A DNA stretch of 64,000 bases. Origin: Patescibacteria group bacterium (GTDB taxonomy: Bacteria; Patescibacteriota; Minisyncoccia; JAHIHE01; JAGLIN01). The stretch lies in the NCBI GenBank assembly GCA_029210775.1, contig JARGGI010000003.1:4512-68511 (forward strand), written 5' to 3'. The notes below the pieces were generated by a model. The model saw nothing but the letters and a program-made list of their open reading frames with translations. It ran no database searches and was not told the origin of the DNA. This document shows, in pieces, positions 40,197 through 50,384 of this stretch (within the stretch, counting starts at the first letter, position 1; each line of letters begins with the position of its first letter). Made by a program: the position numbers and the translations under genes.

Positions 40197-40610
40197 ATGA
40201 AAAGTAAAACACAAAAGTTTCCATTTTACAATAGTGATGAGGAATTGCAAAAGTTTTTATCAAGTAATCTAGCAGACACACTCAAACAAACTATTAAGGT
40301 GACTGTGAAAGTCATGATTAAAGATGAAATGGAATTATTTAGAAAAGAGATGGATGAAAAACTGCAATTCAATGGATATTATCAAAGGAATATGATGTCC
40401 ACTTTAGGAAAAATAGATAATATCAATGTACCAAGATTTAGACAAAATGTAGATAATCTTGAATTAAATTCTTTAAATATTTTTCAAGATCAAAAAAATA
40501 ATTTTATTAAAATGATTCAGCAGATGCATCTTTCGCAATCAATAACGTCTGTATTATTCCTCCCGAAATTTTTTCATCTTTTTCGTTTGATATTACAACC
40601 CTTGACATAA
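40197..40610 (+). pseudogene. IS256-family transposase N-terminal fragment
   Basis: NGYYQR...STLGKIDNINVPRFR resembles the IS256 N-terminus; no DDE domain. Confidence 0.65.
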
Positions 40611-40713
40611 ATCCTGCCAAATACGGATTATTTGTTTTAAGGTCTGTAAACATCTCTTTGAAAAAATTCGGATTCTTTTTAACCTGTTGTATTACTTCGT
40701 CCTCTGATTTCAC
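40507..40713 (-). CDS. small hypothetical protein
   Basis: SD GAGGTGA, GTG start, upstream TTGACT-16-TATACT promoter. Confidence 0.45.
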   Translation of the reverse strand: MKSEDEVIQQVKKNPNFFKEMFTDLKTNNPYLAGFMSRVVISNEKDEKISGGIIQTLLIAKDASAESF

Positions 40714-40853
40714 CTATATCACCTCGTTTAATTGTGTGTAAAAGCACTATTGTCATTTTGACTAATCAGTATAGCAAATTTAAACCAAAAGTCAACAGTA
40801 ATGGGTATAAAAAATAACCCTTTAGATAAAGGGATATTTTATAATACTCATGT

Positions 40854-40946
40854 CAGGACAACTTTCGAACTTTTGATTGGGTGAAAACAATGCTTGTGCC
40901 AGAGCTTGTAATAAAAGATATCAATCAATTATTGTCACTGGCATGA
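40854..40946 (+). mobile_element. orphan integrase C-terminal tail / att scar 1
   Basis: Encodes QDNFRTFDWVKTMLVPELVIKDINQLLSLA*, homologous to 43583-43675. Confidence 0.55.
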
Positions 40947-41167
40947 ATCTCACTGCGGGTCTCCGACTCCGCAGGTCGTCATCATGATATTACTCATTCA
41001 AACATCCAGAATATTCTATTTTTATACAATTATATTAGTCCCACTTGTTATGGGCTGCAATTCATCTCTGTGTGTCTTTAAAAACAGCATAGGATGTTCT
41101 TGCCGAAATTTATATATTTTAATACGATTTCGTTAAATCGTATTTTCTAAACCGCAAAAAAACACAT

Positions 41168-41788
41168 TTATATTTTTTTAGAAATAATATAAAACCAGTC
41201 TCTTTTATGGGCAGAGAACTTCTTAATATAAAATGACTTAAAACCACATTTGGTTAAATAAACTAGAATTTCCTTTTTTGTGAATTTATTAAAAACAAAA
41301 TCATCAGGTTCTATATCTCCTTTTTCTTTCTTCATAGCAATAACCCCAAAAACGCCATTTTTCTTTAAGGTTCTTCTAACTTCTTTTAAAGAACTTTCAA
41401 TATCATTGAAAGTTAAATGCGTAAACAAAGAAGAAGAGGCCCAAATTCCATCAAAATAATTACCTTCAAAAATGAGCTGCACCATATTCATTAAATAAAA
41501 TTTACCCTTATTATTTTTATTGGCATAAGCTATCATTTTCTCAGATATATCTATTCCAAAACCATCATAGCCTTTTTCGATAAAATATTTTACATCCCTA
41601 CCAGTTCCACTTCCCATATCTAAAATTTTTCCTTTTTTAGATACACATTCTAAAAACTTATCAAGCTTATCTTGCATAAGTACATCCCCACTTTTTAAAT
41701 AGGAATCTAGATTATTATTATACCAGCTTTTTACTTCTTTATAGACCTGTTTCATAAAAAATCGAGAAGTAACTTTGCTACTTCTCAT
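41168..41788 (-). CDS. class I SAM-dependent methyltransferase
   Basis: ILDMGSGTGRD, GIDISEKM, FDGIWA; start may be MKQVYK. Confidence 0.9.
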   Translation of the reverse strand: MRSSKVTSRFFMKQVYKEVKSWYNNNLDSYLKSGDVLMQDKLDKFLECVSKKGKILDMGSGTGRDVKYFIEKGYDGFGIDISEKMIAYANKNNKGKFYLMNMVQLIFEGNYFDGIWASSSLFTHLTFNDIESSLKEVRRTLKKNGVFGVIAMKKEKGDIEPDDFVFNKFTKKEILVYLTKCGFKSFYIKKFSAHKRDWFYIISKKI

Positions 41789-41824
41789 ATTAAAATTTAA
41801 CGTTTATGCGAGAACTTTAATCGA

Positions 41825-41902
41825 TTAAGTTCCACAGCTTTGGCAGCAGAAAGAAATGTTCTGATCTGCCTTGTTCTCACCAATATAGATGGAAACAAAC
41901 AC
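41825..41902 (-). CDS. putative RiPP precursor MFVSIYIGENKADQNISFCCQSCGT
   Basis: AAGGAGGTGA SD with 7-nt spacing from GGAGG to GTG; lies between the rSAM and methyltransferase genes; C-terminal CCQSC. Confidence 0.7.
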   Translation of the reverse strand: MFVSIYIGENKADQNISFCCQSCGT

Positions 41903-41953
41903 ACTTTCACCTCCTTATTTTTTGTATTCGTTGCACAACAAGCTTAGTATTTG

Positions 41954-43252
41954 CTACCGGCTTGCTTTCTCAAACATTTTTTTACTATAGAGTACTTTAA
42001 AGAATATTTCTCTATCTTCTTCCGATTTTACTGGCAACTCTAATTCATGCCATTTAAAGGCATTCCCATTCTGGGGTAGTTTAAGAGCAACGTTATATCC
42101 CTCCTCATCAAGAAATACCAATTCATCATTATACAATACCACACCGCCAAATTCCTCAGTTCTAATTTTTACATCACTTTTGAGCCGCAAATATTCCGGC
42201 ACAATAAAATCAAACTGAGAATGATTAACAACGGGTTTTATTAATTCCGGATTAGTCATGAGGGGGTCTTTCCCACGAATGTCGCCATAAAAAAGCTTAG
42301 CATCCATTCTACAGCCTCCAGAACATTGCAGGAGATAAGAACAGGTTTTACATGTTTCGTAGAGAAAAATACCATCACGCCATTCTTGCATCGCTAACCA
42401 GCATTCTCTTAAAGATTTCTCAAACAAATTACCATAGCTCATATCTGCATGGGCACAGGGACGTACTGATCCATCCGGAGAAACGGAACAATTAAATATT
42501 CCTGCGGTACAATTACGACGCGTAAATTGCTGATATTTTTCCATATCCTGAATAAAACAAAGTGGATAAGTTTCTAATATTTCTACCCACATTCCAAAAT
42601 CTATTTGCAGCCGCAGTAAATCGTCCATTGATTGCTTAAATTGCTGAGGCGTTCCACGATAATTCTTATACTCAGTGTTAGGGGAAGGTGCAACCTTAGT
42701 TGCAGAAAAACGCAACAAGCCAAGTTCATGAGCTAATTTTCCAGTTTCATAAACCTGATAAGCATTTTCCTTACGCACAACCATATTTGCGCTTGTTAAT
42801 ACTCCAGCATCTGTAAGCATGCGAATTTTTGGGAGCAAACGCTTATGGAAACCCTTACGTTGTATTATCTTATCATGTACTTCTGGCTGATAAGACAATA
42901 ACGTTGTCAATACTCCAACTCCATGATCACTAAAAAAACGCGTCATTTCTGGAGTAAGCTTTTGTAAATTGCTATTACAATAAACCCCTAGTCCCAATTC
43001 TCTTGCTTTCCCAATACCAGCCTTAAGAGTATCTTTAAACATTAATGGCTCACCACCAGTAAAGCACACTGACATTACCTTCCAGCGAGCAAGTTCTTCT
43101 ACTAATGTTTTAACCTGATTCGGACTCAGATGTTTCGTTTCCTCTTTTTGAATATTTTGACATGCCCGATAACAATGACTACAAACTTGATTGCAATCAT
43201 CAGTTACTTCGATTTGTACCGAAAGTGGCGCACTAAGTGTTCTGTATAACAT
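41954..43252 (-). CDS. radical SAM/SPASM protein with possible C-terminal RRE-like region
   Basis: CNQVCSHC, FTGGEP, CTAG...GSVRPC, CKTCSYLLQCSGGC; C-terminal KIRTEEFGGVVLY. Confidence 0.9.
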   Translation of the reverse strand: MLYRTLSAPLSVQIEVTDDCNQVCSHCYRACQNIQKEETKHLSPNQVKTLVEELARWKVMSVCFTGGEPLMFKDTLKAGIGKARELGLGVYCNSNLQKLTPEMTRFFSDHGVGVLTTLLSYQPEVHDKIIQRKGFHKRLLPKIRMLTDAGVLTSANMVVRKENAYQVYETGKLAHELGLLRFSATKVAPSPNTEYKNYRGTPQQFKQSMDDLLRLQIDFGMWVEILETYPLCFIQDMEKYQQFTRRNCTAGIFNCSVSPDGSVRPCAHADMSYGNLFEKSLRECWLAMQEWRDGIFLYETCKTCSYLLQCSGGCRMDAKLFYGDIRGKDPLMTNPELIKPVVNHSQFDFIVPEYLRLKSDVKIRTEEFGGVVLYNDELVFLDEEGYNVALKLPQNGNAFKWHELELPVKSEEDREIFFKVLYSKKMFEKASR

Positions 43253-43461
43253 TATCTGCCTCTATATTTTAAAAGAACTCATCTGATTAAAAAGTTTCTT
43301 TTTAATCATCCTTCCTTGTAAATAACTTTAACAAATCCAAAGATATTGTCAATACAGAGAGGATTTTTGTTGCGAATTGATAGAATATATTCCCCTATCA
43401 AAAGTTCTAACGTCCCTTTTTGGGTATAAAAATAATCCTTTAAACAAAGGATTATTTTTGT

Positions 43462-43675
43462 TGGCTCCGCATCGTGAACGATGTTAGAACCATTTTTTTA
43501 AATTTAAATGAGAATGCTTTTATCCCAGACCTCTCCGCACAGAGGCAGATTTAGTTTATTGATTGTCATATTGCTCGCTTGGCGGGACAGCTTTCGAACC
43601 TTTGATTGGGTAAAAGCGTTGCCTGTACCAGAGTTAGTGATTCGGCAAATTGGGCAATTATTAGAGCTTGCGTAA
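43462..43675 (+). mobile_element. two tandem orphan integrase tails / att scars 2 and 3
   Basis: WLRIVNDVRTIFLNLNENAFIPDLSAQRQI* (43462-43554) starts with GCTCCGC, matching the tRNA-Asn 3' end; RDSFRTFDWVKALPVPELVIRQIGQLLELA* (43583-43675). Confidence 0.55.
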
Positions 43676-43894
43676 AAATATAATAAATATTCTATTCACA
43701 CGGTGGCAGATTTAGTTTATTTAATATTTTCAGTGCTCCGCTTTTCTTATCATTATTAACAATCTAACAGAAAGAGGTCGTTTGTCAATATGCTATTATG
43801 CAATGCTATTATGCAAGTTAATTTCTTTGTTATTATTCCCTCAATCAATAACCTCTCTCGGACTTACGCCGTTGCCAGGGCTGGTGATTTATAA

Positions 43895-44551
43895 TTAATT
43901 TCTATATTTTTGAATTCTACCTTCTTTAGAAACCCACATATCGCCAAATCCATAAAGTTTTCCTGATTCTGATAATTCAACCCATGATCCTTTTTCACCA
44001 ATAGCAACAAACTGCGTTTTAGATTCTAGCCTTAAATTCTTAAACGCATTAAAGGCAACTTCTGCGGTTTTCTCTTGAGAGTGGACAAGACACCCCAAAT
44101 CGATAATACCCCAACCTTTCTTCCATATTGCTCTATTGTCTTCAATGTCTGTATACCAAGCAGCGAGCGCCTGAACACCAGCGCTTATCCCGACAATAAC
44201 AATGCCTTTTTTTATTGCACGTTTTAATACCGGTAATAATTGCCAACGATCAAACAAAGATAGAAGATATTCTGTTTTTCCTCCTCCAAAATAAATTACT
44301 GAAGATTCCATTATGGCTACTTCAGCTGCTTCTTTGCCTTCTAATTCAACAACCGCTCGGAAATTAAAATCATTTTCAAAAATTTTCCGCATCGAATTAA
44401 TATAATCAATACTGTCTTTCGCAGCAGTTGGGAAAAAAATAAAATTAGCTCTATCTTTTTGTAAAGCAAATTTTTTTATTGCTATATCGACTGATTTTGT
44501 TTCGCCTTTTTTTATTTCACCTCCGCCTATGAGAAAAATTTTATTTTGCAT
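43895..44551 (-). CDS. peptidase S51 (peptidase E/cyanophycinase-like)
   Basis: LIGGG, FFPTA, YFGGG, GISAG nucleophile motif, LVH; start MQNKIF. Confidence 0.82.
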   Translation of the reverse strand: MQNKIFLIGGGEIKKGETKSVDIAIKKFALQKDRANFIFFPTAAKDSIDYINSMRKIFENDFNFRAVVELEGKEAAEVAIMESSVIYFGGGKTEYLLSLFDRWQLLPVLKRAIKKGIVIVGISAGVQALAAWYTDIEDNRAIWKKGWGIIDLGCLVHSQEKTAEVAFNAFKNLRLESKTQFVAIGEKGSWVELSESGKLYGFGDMWVSKEGRIQKYRN

Positions 44552-44633
44552 AATAATATATTTAATTGAAAACAATTTTGTAAGTGATAGTTAAAAAATT
44601 ACCCTCTACTAATTGCGTAAAGGGCGGTAATAA

Positions 44634-45869
44634 TTAATTACCAATTTGGCTTTTACTTTCATACAGAAGATTTTTTATTTCTAACAATTCTGATATACCT
44701 CCAATTAGCGTTATGCCTGTTTTACGTACTTTGATATCAAGCTTTCCTGTTGTGGTTTTATTTGCCAAAACAACTCGCATTGGTATTCCTAAAAGATCGG
44801 CATCTATCAAAGAACGCCCTATTGATTGATCTCTTAAGTCTAATAATACAGTACAGCCTAATATTTCTAGATTTTTGGTTAATTTCTTCGCTTCTTCGGC
44901 TCGTTCCTGATTAGCTATCAAGTGTATATCAAACGGCGCTATTTCTATGGGCCAAACCAACCCATGTTCGTCGTGATAATACTCGGCGAGTATTTGCATC
45001 AATCGACTTAAACCAATACCCCCGACGGCAGTCTGAATCGGCTTATTACTACCTATCGACAACGCATTCATTTTCCCGGTAATAATAGTGCCATGACGCA
45101 CTATATCTCCGAGCTCCACAGCCGGTACGTTTTCCATTAAATGGCCGCAATTAGGACAAACATCCATTATTTGTTTACCAAACCTATAAGAATTGATGCA
45201 TGCTGTACATGTATGCACAAAACACTGTTTGGTGGCGGAAGGAACCCAAAAAGAATCAGCTGGAGATTCTAACGGTGCGAAATAATACGACGCTTTCTTG
45301 TAAGGCAAACCTAACCAGCCCAAGAAAGACCGCATTACTTCATCCATCCGATGCATTTCCTCGCTTAATTCGATTTCATTCCGCGCCAATATATACATAT
45401 CGCCCATTACAAACGATCTGCTGCGGATAAAACCATGACTAGGTTGCAATTCATTGCGTATGCGTTCTCCAATCTGGAAATAGCGAAGAGGCATATCCTT
45501 GTCTTTGAAATCCGACTGGCAAAATAAATTTACCATTGATTCTTCCTGAGTGGGATTTATAACATATCTTTTCCCGTCTTTAAGAGTAGTTTCACAGAAC
45601 AATCCGGCAAAACGTTCAGCACGTCCCGATTTCTCCCATAAAAACATTTCTTGAAGGCTAGGTAAAAACATTTCCCAAAATCCTTGCTCACGACAAAACC
45701 TCCTAAATGCTCCTGAAATTTTTTCAAGAACCAATACGGCAGGGGGTAAAAGTGCAATACATCCCGACGATATTTTTTTTGCATACCCAGCAGATTCAAG
45801 CCAAATTAAGCCATCAGCGTCATTCCGTTGTGGCAGTTTCGTTCTAAAAAGTCCCGATGAATAAAGCAT
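44634..45869 (-). CDS. divergent prolyl-tRNA synthetase paralogue (no editing domain)
   Basis: WEKSGR, PTQEE, FQI...R.E..P..GFIRSRSFVM, GIGLSRL, HGLVWP, DADLLGIP; own promoter TTGACT-17-TATACT. Confidence 0.82.
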   Translation of the reverse strand: MLYSSGLFRTKLPQRNDADGLIWLESAGYAKKISSGCIALLPPAVLVLEKISGAFRRFCREQGFWEMFLPSLQEMFLWEKSGRAERFAGLFCETTLKDGKRYVINPTQEESMVNLFCQSDFKDKDMPLRYFQIGERIRNELQPSHGFIRSRSFVMGDMYILARNEIELSEEMHRMDEVMRSFLGWLGLPYKKASYYFAPLESPADSFWVPSATKQCFVHTCTACINSYRFGKQIMDVCPNCGHLMENVPAVELGDIVRHGTIITGKMNALSIGSNKPIQTAVGGIGLSRLMQILAEYYHDEHGLVWPIEIAPFDIHLIANQERAEEAKKLTKNLEILGCTVLLDLRDQSIGRSLIDADLLGIPMRVVLANKTTTGKLDIKVRKTGITLIGGISELLEIKNLLYESKSQIGN

Positions 45870-46015
45870 TCATATCACCTCTTTGTTTTATATTAAATTC
45901 GTCAGTTAAAGAACTGCTTAAAGTATAGTTAATATCTATCGTATAGTCAATATCCCTGCTCAAAATCTGACATTTCTACTTTGGGTTGACAATCCCTGCT
46001 CACAAACAAATCAAA

Positions 46016-47311
46016 TTATTCACCGAAAATTTTGGCATTCATCGCAATTTCTTTGAGTATTGTCTGCATAAACCTACATTTTTGCCTATCTATCTCCTTG
46101 CCGGAGATAATCTGGAATGCCGGACAAGGACCGCCGCAAATATGACGTGCTTCGCATTTACTACACTGGCTGATTCTCTTAATAGGAATATTCATTTTCC
46201 CCTTGAAATTAGTCAGAAGGACATCATTCCAATTTTGAGAGCAAAAAGACAAGTGCCCCTCAGTGCTAATCGAAGCCATTATATACCCATTATTAAACAT
46301 ACAAGGACAGTGGCGCTTAATATTATTTGCTAAAGAAAAAAGTATCGGCGACGCTGCGGAGTCTATTGTAACTTTATTTTTCCTAGCAATACGTACAAGC
46401 TTCACTAATATTTGTGCATATTTTTCTCCATCAATATTCCATGCCAAAGACCGATAATGAAATGGTGTGTTTATCGTTATCGTTTTAGAAGGAAATGTTT
46501 TTAATGTGCCACGAAAAATTTTCGGCAATTGATCCAAAAAACCGGCATGCGGAGTTATAAGAACATGCGTATCTATTCCCGCTTTTATTAAACGATAGTA
46601 ATTATGTTTTGTGTCCTTAAAACTGCCACGCCCGTTTTTATAAATCCTGAATTTATTGTTAATATTTTCTGGCCCATCTATAGAAACTCCAATTTTAAAA
46701 TCATTCTTCTTAAAAAACCTTATCATATTATCATTAAGAAATGTAAGGTTGGTTGTCATTGTATAAAACGGCTTAATCATCTTCCTTGTTTTGACAGCTT
46801 CATTAACCATGTCTACTGTCCGTTTGATATGATCAAACCTAATCAATGGCTCACCCCCAAAAAAATGATACGTAATTTTTTCTGATGTTCCGTAAGAAAT
46901 TGTTTTCTTAATTACAGTCTCAAGTGTAGCATGAGACATTGTTTTTAAATTATTACGATTCTTCGTAACAAAACATTCGGGGCATTTTAAATTACACTCC
47001 TCAGTAAGAGCAATTCTAAAAGCACGGATATCTGGGTTTAAATTGAAAACTTTCGGATAAGGTATAGATTTCGATCGACTAAAAAAACCAAGCTCGTCAA
47101 GTTCTTTAAGCACACGCCATGCCTCCTTTTGTTTAGAAAGTGGCATGGAAATTATTACCTTTTTTGGATCTCTGGCAATTTTAAAAGCGTTTAATATGAC
47201 AAGATGAGAAGAACCGACTTCCGCATAATTCAGTGTCTCTTCATCAAAAATAGTGATCTTCCCTCTTGATCCGGAATAAACCCGAAAAGGATGAGCTGAT
47301 ATTTTTTTCAT
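46016..47311 (-). CDS. radical SAM/SPASM maturase (anSME/SCIFF-maturase-like)
   Basis: CNLKCPEC, FFGGEPL, SIDGP, CSKCEARHICGGPC; start MKKISAH. Confidence 0.88.
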   Translation of the reverse strand: MKKISAHPFRVYSGSRGKITIFDEETLNYAEVGSSHLVILNAFKIARDPKKVIISMPLSKQKEAWRVLKELDELGFFSRSKSIPYPKVFNLNPDIRAFRIALTEECNLKCPECFVTKNRNNLKTMSHATLETVIKKTISYGTSEKITYHFFGGEPLIRFDHIKRTVDMVNEAVKTRKMIKPFYTMTTNLTFLNDNMIRFFKKNDFKIGVSIDGPENINNKFRIYKNGRGSFKDTKHNYYRLIKAGIDTHVLITPHAGFLDQLPKIFRGTLKTFPSKTITINTPFHYRSLAWNIDGEKYAQILVKLVRIARKNKVTIDSAASPILFSLANNIKRHCPCMFNNGYIMASISTEGHLSFCSQNWNDVLLTNFKGKMNIPIKRISQCSKCEARHICGGPCPAFQIISGKEIDRQKCRFMQTILKEIAMNAKIFGE

Positions 47312-47315
47312 ATAA

Positions 47316-48239
47316 TTATTTCCAAAATCTAGGATTATCAAAAAGCGAAACGCAATGAACACCGAAACAATTAGGTAGTTTTTCACTTTTCGATAATATA
47401 TTATTATCAATATTAGCTATTATCTCAGAAACCGGATCATTGAATAGATTACCCAGTTTTATATCTGGCCGATGGAAACACGGCGTCAAATCACCTTCGG
47501 CGCTACAAACAAAATACTCCTTACCCATACAACAGAGGGCGTTCGGTAATAGATTCTTGTTATTAAAAATCGCTTCCGTAAGCGCTATATAATCCTTTAT
47601 ATGCGTTGATTTATTTTTTTGCGAAATTTTTTTTATGGCATTAAAAATAATATTGTCTTTATTCTCTGTATTTAATTGCTGCATTTTTCCTTTTGGAATA
47701 AAGACTTCTTGAAATCGAATATCCGAAATACCAAGACCTTGAAGCCAATTAATAGTTTCATCTAATGTGGAAGCATTTTTCTTTGTTACTACCGTCGTCG
47801 TCGCCACATTTCGATAGCCACGCGAAATCAATCCCTTAATAGCATATACGGTGTCATCAAATCTACCACGTTGTTTATTGTGTACTTCTCTTATATGAGA
47901 ATCTATGGAAATATCAATCCTGTCCACATTGAGCCTTATTATCGTATCCAAATCGGCATCAGTAAGAAAAGTTGCACTGGTGTTTATTATTACCGGAATT
48001 TTTTTCTTTTTTATTTCACGAATAATAATATATGTTTCTTGCTTTAATTTTAAATGCAAAGGTTCGCCACCGGTTAAAATAACTTTATCAAAATTAAGCG
48101 CTTCTATTTTATCAGCAAAAATCTCAGCTTTATCTGGACTAATTTTTGAGGCTACTCGTTTTTGATATCCAGTCGCATAAAAACAATAGGCGCAACTAAT
48201 ATTACATAAATTATTTACCATCAAAAATAAACAGCGCAT
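47316..48239 (-). CDS. radical SAM protein with SPASM/twitch domain
   Basis: CNISCAYC, LTGGEPL, ISIDS, CCMG...GDLTPC. Confidence 0.88.
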   Translation of the reverse strand: MRCLFLMVNNLCNISCAYCFYATGYQKRVASKISPDKAEIFADKIEALNFDKVILTGGEPLHLKLKQETYIIIREIKKKKIPVIINTSATFLTDADLDTIIRLNVDRIDISIDSHIREVHNKQRGRFDDTVYAIKGLISRGYRNVATTTVVTKKNASTLDETINWLQGLGISDIRFQEVFIPKGKMQQLNTENKDNIIFNAIKKISQKNKSTHIKDYIALTEAIFNNKNLLPNALCCMGKEYFVCSAEGDLTPCFHRPDIKLGNLFNDPVSEIIANIDNNILSKSEKLPNCFGVHCVSLFDNPRFWK

Positions 48240-48309
48240 ATTTATTATATTTATACAGTAAAAAATACATTGTCAGACAAAATATGTTAATTAAGGATAC
48301 TTAATTATA

Positions 48310-48347
48310 AAAATTCCCCTTGCAATCAAAAAAACAAGAGGAATTTT
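48310..48347 (-). terminator. hairpin between the precursor and rSAM genes
   Basis: AAAATTCCTCTTG...CAAGGGGAATTTT on the minus strand. Confidence 0.55.
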
Positions 48348-48371
48348 AAAATGTGATATAGTAATTCTCTC

Positions 48372-48446
48372 TTAACCAGATTGACATGATGTCCTTGCTT
48401 TCTGTGTAGCTATATTAACTTTTTTTGCTTTTTTTTGTGATTTCAT
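48372..48446 (-). CDS. putative RiPP precursor MKSQKKAKKVNIATQKARTSCQSG
   Basis: Manual translation; AAGGA SD; first ORF after a TTGACA-17-TATATT promoter; TSCQS motif as in SCIFF peptides. Confidence 0.6.
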   Translation of the reverse strand: MKSQKKAKKVNIATQKARTSCQSG

Positions 48447-48576
48447 AGTAATAATATTCCTTTTATAATCATCAAATTAACCCTTAAATATTTCGACTTT
48501 TAATTTTTATAATAAAAACGGACACTGACCTTTAATCAAATATAGTATATTTCTCCTTATCTGTCAATGGCTCGTG

Positions 48577-49676
48577 CCTACATTCTGCTCCGAAGTGCAA
48601 CATCATAAAGGACATCCAAAGCCTGGTATAATAGTTAAGTCTTCACTTAATTATTAACCAACAAATAGATGCCCTACAAACATATTACACCAGATCAGAG
48701 AAATGAGCTATCTGCCCTTAAAAGAACTAAAATAAGACAGGAAGAAATCGCTCAATTATTGGGAAAAAACAGAACGACAATTTACAGGGAAATTATAAGA
48801 AACAAAAATAAGAATGGAAAATACGATGCCAGAATCGCCAAACAAAAAACCAAAAAAAGAAGAATAAAAGCCAACCAAAGATTCAGAAAAATAGAAAATA
48901 ACAGATGGTTGAGAACATATCTAATTAAAAAAATAAAAGTATTGGTCGCCAGAACAGATTGCGGGAAGAATAAAAAGGAAATGGCCAGAAGACAAATCAA
49001 AACATATCGGCAAAGACAGCATCTATGATTTCATATATACTGAAAGAAAAGATCTGGTAAAATATCTCCGATGCCAGAAGGGAAAATATCGCAGAAGGTA
49101 TGGCACGAGAATTAGAGAAAAACAGCGAGAGGAAGCTAAAAAGAAGAGGATTGATACAAGGCCTGAAATTGTTAAAACGAGAGAAAGAATCGGCGATTGG
49201 GAAGGAGATACTATTGTCGGCAAAGAAAAAACAATTCATATTTTGACTCATGTGGAAAGAAAAAGCGGAATGCTGTTTGCGGATAAGTTGGAAAAAGCGA
49301 CAGCGGAATTAACTAGAGAAAAAACTATTAAGAGATTTGAAAAAATACCAAGAAAGAAAAAATACACGCTCACTTATGATAATGGAACAACCTTTGCTAG
49401 CCATCAAGATACTGAAAGAAAGATAAAAATAGGCATTTATTTTGCTTTTCCTTATCATTCTTGGGAAAGAGGATGCAACGAAAACGCTAATGGGCTTCTC
49501 AGGCAATTCTTTCCCAAAAAATCATCATTCGCAAATATTAATCAAAAAGATATTGACAAAGCCTATCGGCTCATTAATAATAGACCAAGAAAGAGGCTTA
49601 ACTATCTAACTCCTTACGAAGTGTTCTATGAGAAATAATTTCTTAAAAAATGTTGCACTTTGGAATAGAATTCAAG
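48577..49676 (+). mobile_element. IS30-family insertion sequence
   Basis: Imperfect 27-bp terminal IRs (...AAGTGCAACAT / ATGTTGCACTT...), 3-bp GTG target duplication. Confidence 0.88.
48669..49638 (+). pseudogene. IS30 transposase, frameshifted near 48935
   Basis: HTH N-terminus; WSPEQIAGR, GDWEGDT, TYDNG, PYHSWERGCNENANGLLRQFFPK, NNRPRKRL in a second frame. Confidence 0.88.
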
Positions 49677-49828
49677 GTGTCTACAATGATTCGTGACACA
49701 AACTCGCGACAGAGAGCATAACATTATCTATCAAACAGCCCTTCTGTGTTAATTTTCGGTCAAGTAAACCAGAGATTACCCTATTCTATTCTTAAACTCC
49801 TTAATAATATTCTCACATCCTTCCGCTC

Positions 49829-50149
49829 TCACATATCCCATGCTTTTTTATAATCTGGGAACTCATTGGTTTTCTTAATCTCTCTGTCCGGATCTTTTTG
49901 TTTGAAATATTTCAAAAAGATATGCTCAAGAAAGGCATGCACTAGAATATGAATGCGAACATTGAATGATTCGTTTTTATATTTATTCTCAAAATATTTC
50001 CACGATTTCGCTGCTTGTTTTAAGTTTCCGTCTTGAATAAACAACTGATGAATCAGCTCATGAATTAAGTTATCGATAAAACGATCTGGCTCTTCGTAGG
50101 CTCGTAATGTTAAAGGATCAGAGAATGGTACGCAGTTTCCTACCAACAA
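49829..50149 (-). pseudogene. hypothetical protein fragment with HExxH motif
   Basis: LIHELIHQL; weak start, probably N-terminally truncated. Confidence 0.45.
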
Positions 50150-50384
50150 CCTAAGCCGATTGTTGATTGGAATAAATGGCTAATGTTAGCTATAAATCGT
50201 TGTTTTGTTGCTAAAATATCATGCAGTTATATAGACCTATTTATGTCGACTTTTGCTCTGGAAAAAATCCCGAAATTGGGACAATACTGCTCTGAAATTG
50301 TAACGAATTAACTACAAATTAATCTTACCAGATAATAACGGATATGTCAACGCTCGCTCGCTCAGTCTTGTCTGATATAAGATG

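Noticed and set aside
41055-41105. IS200/IS605 end-like sequence GCAATTCATCTC...TTCTTGC
   Set aside because: Too degenerate, and no tnpA/tnpB nearby.
47312-47410. N-terminal extension of the 464-aa rSAM ORF
   Set aside because: It overlaps the upstream rSAM gene; ATG 47311 just after that gene's stop is more plausible.
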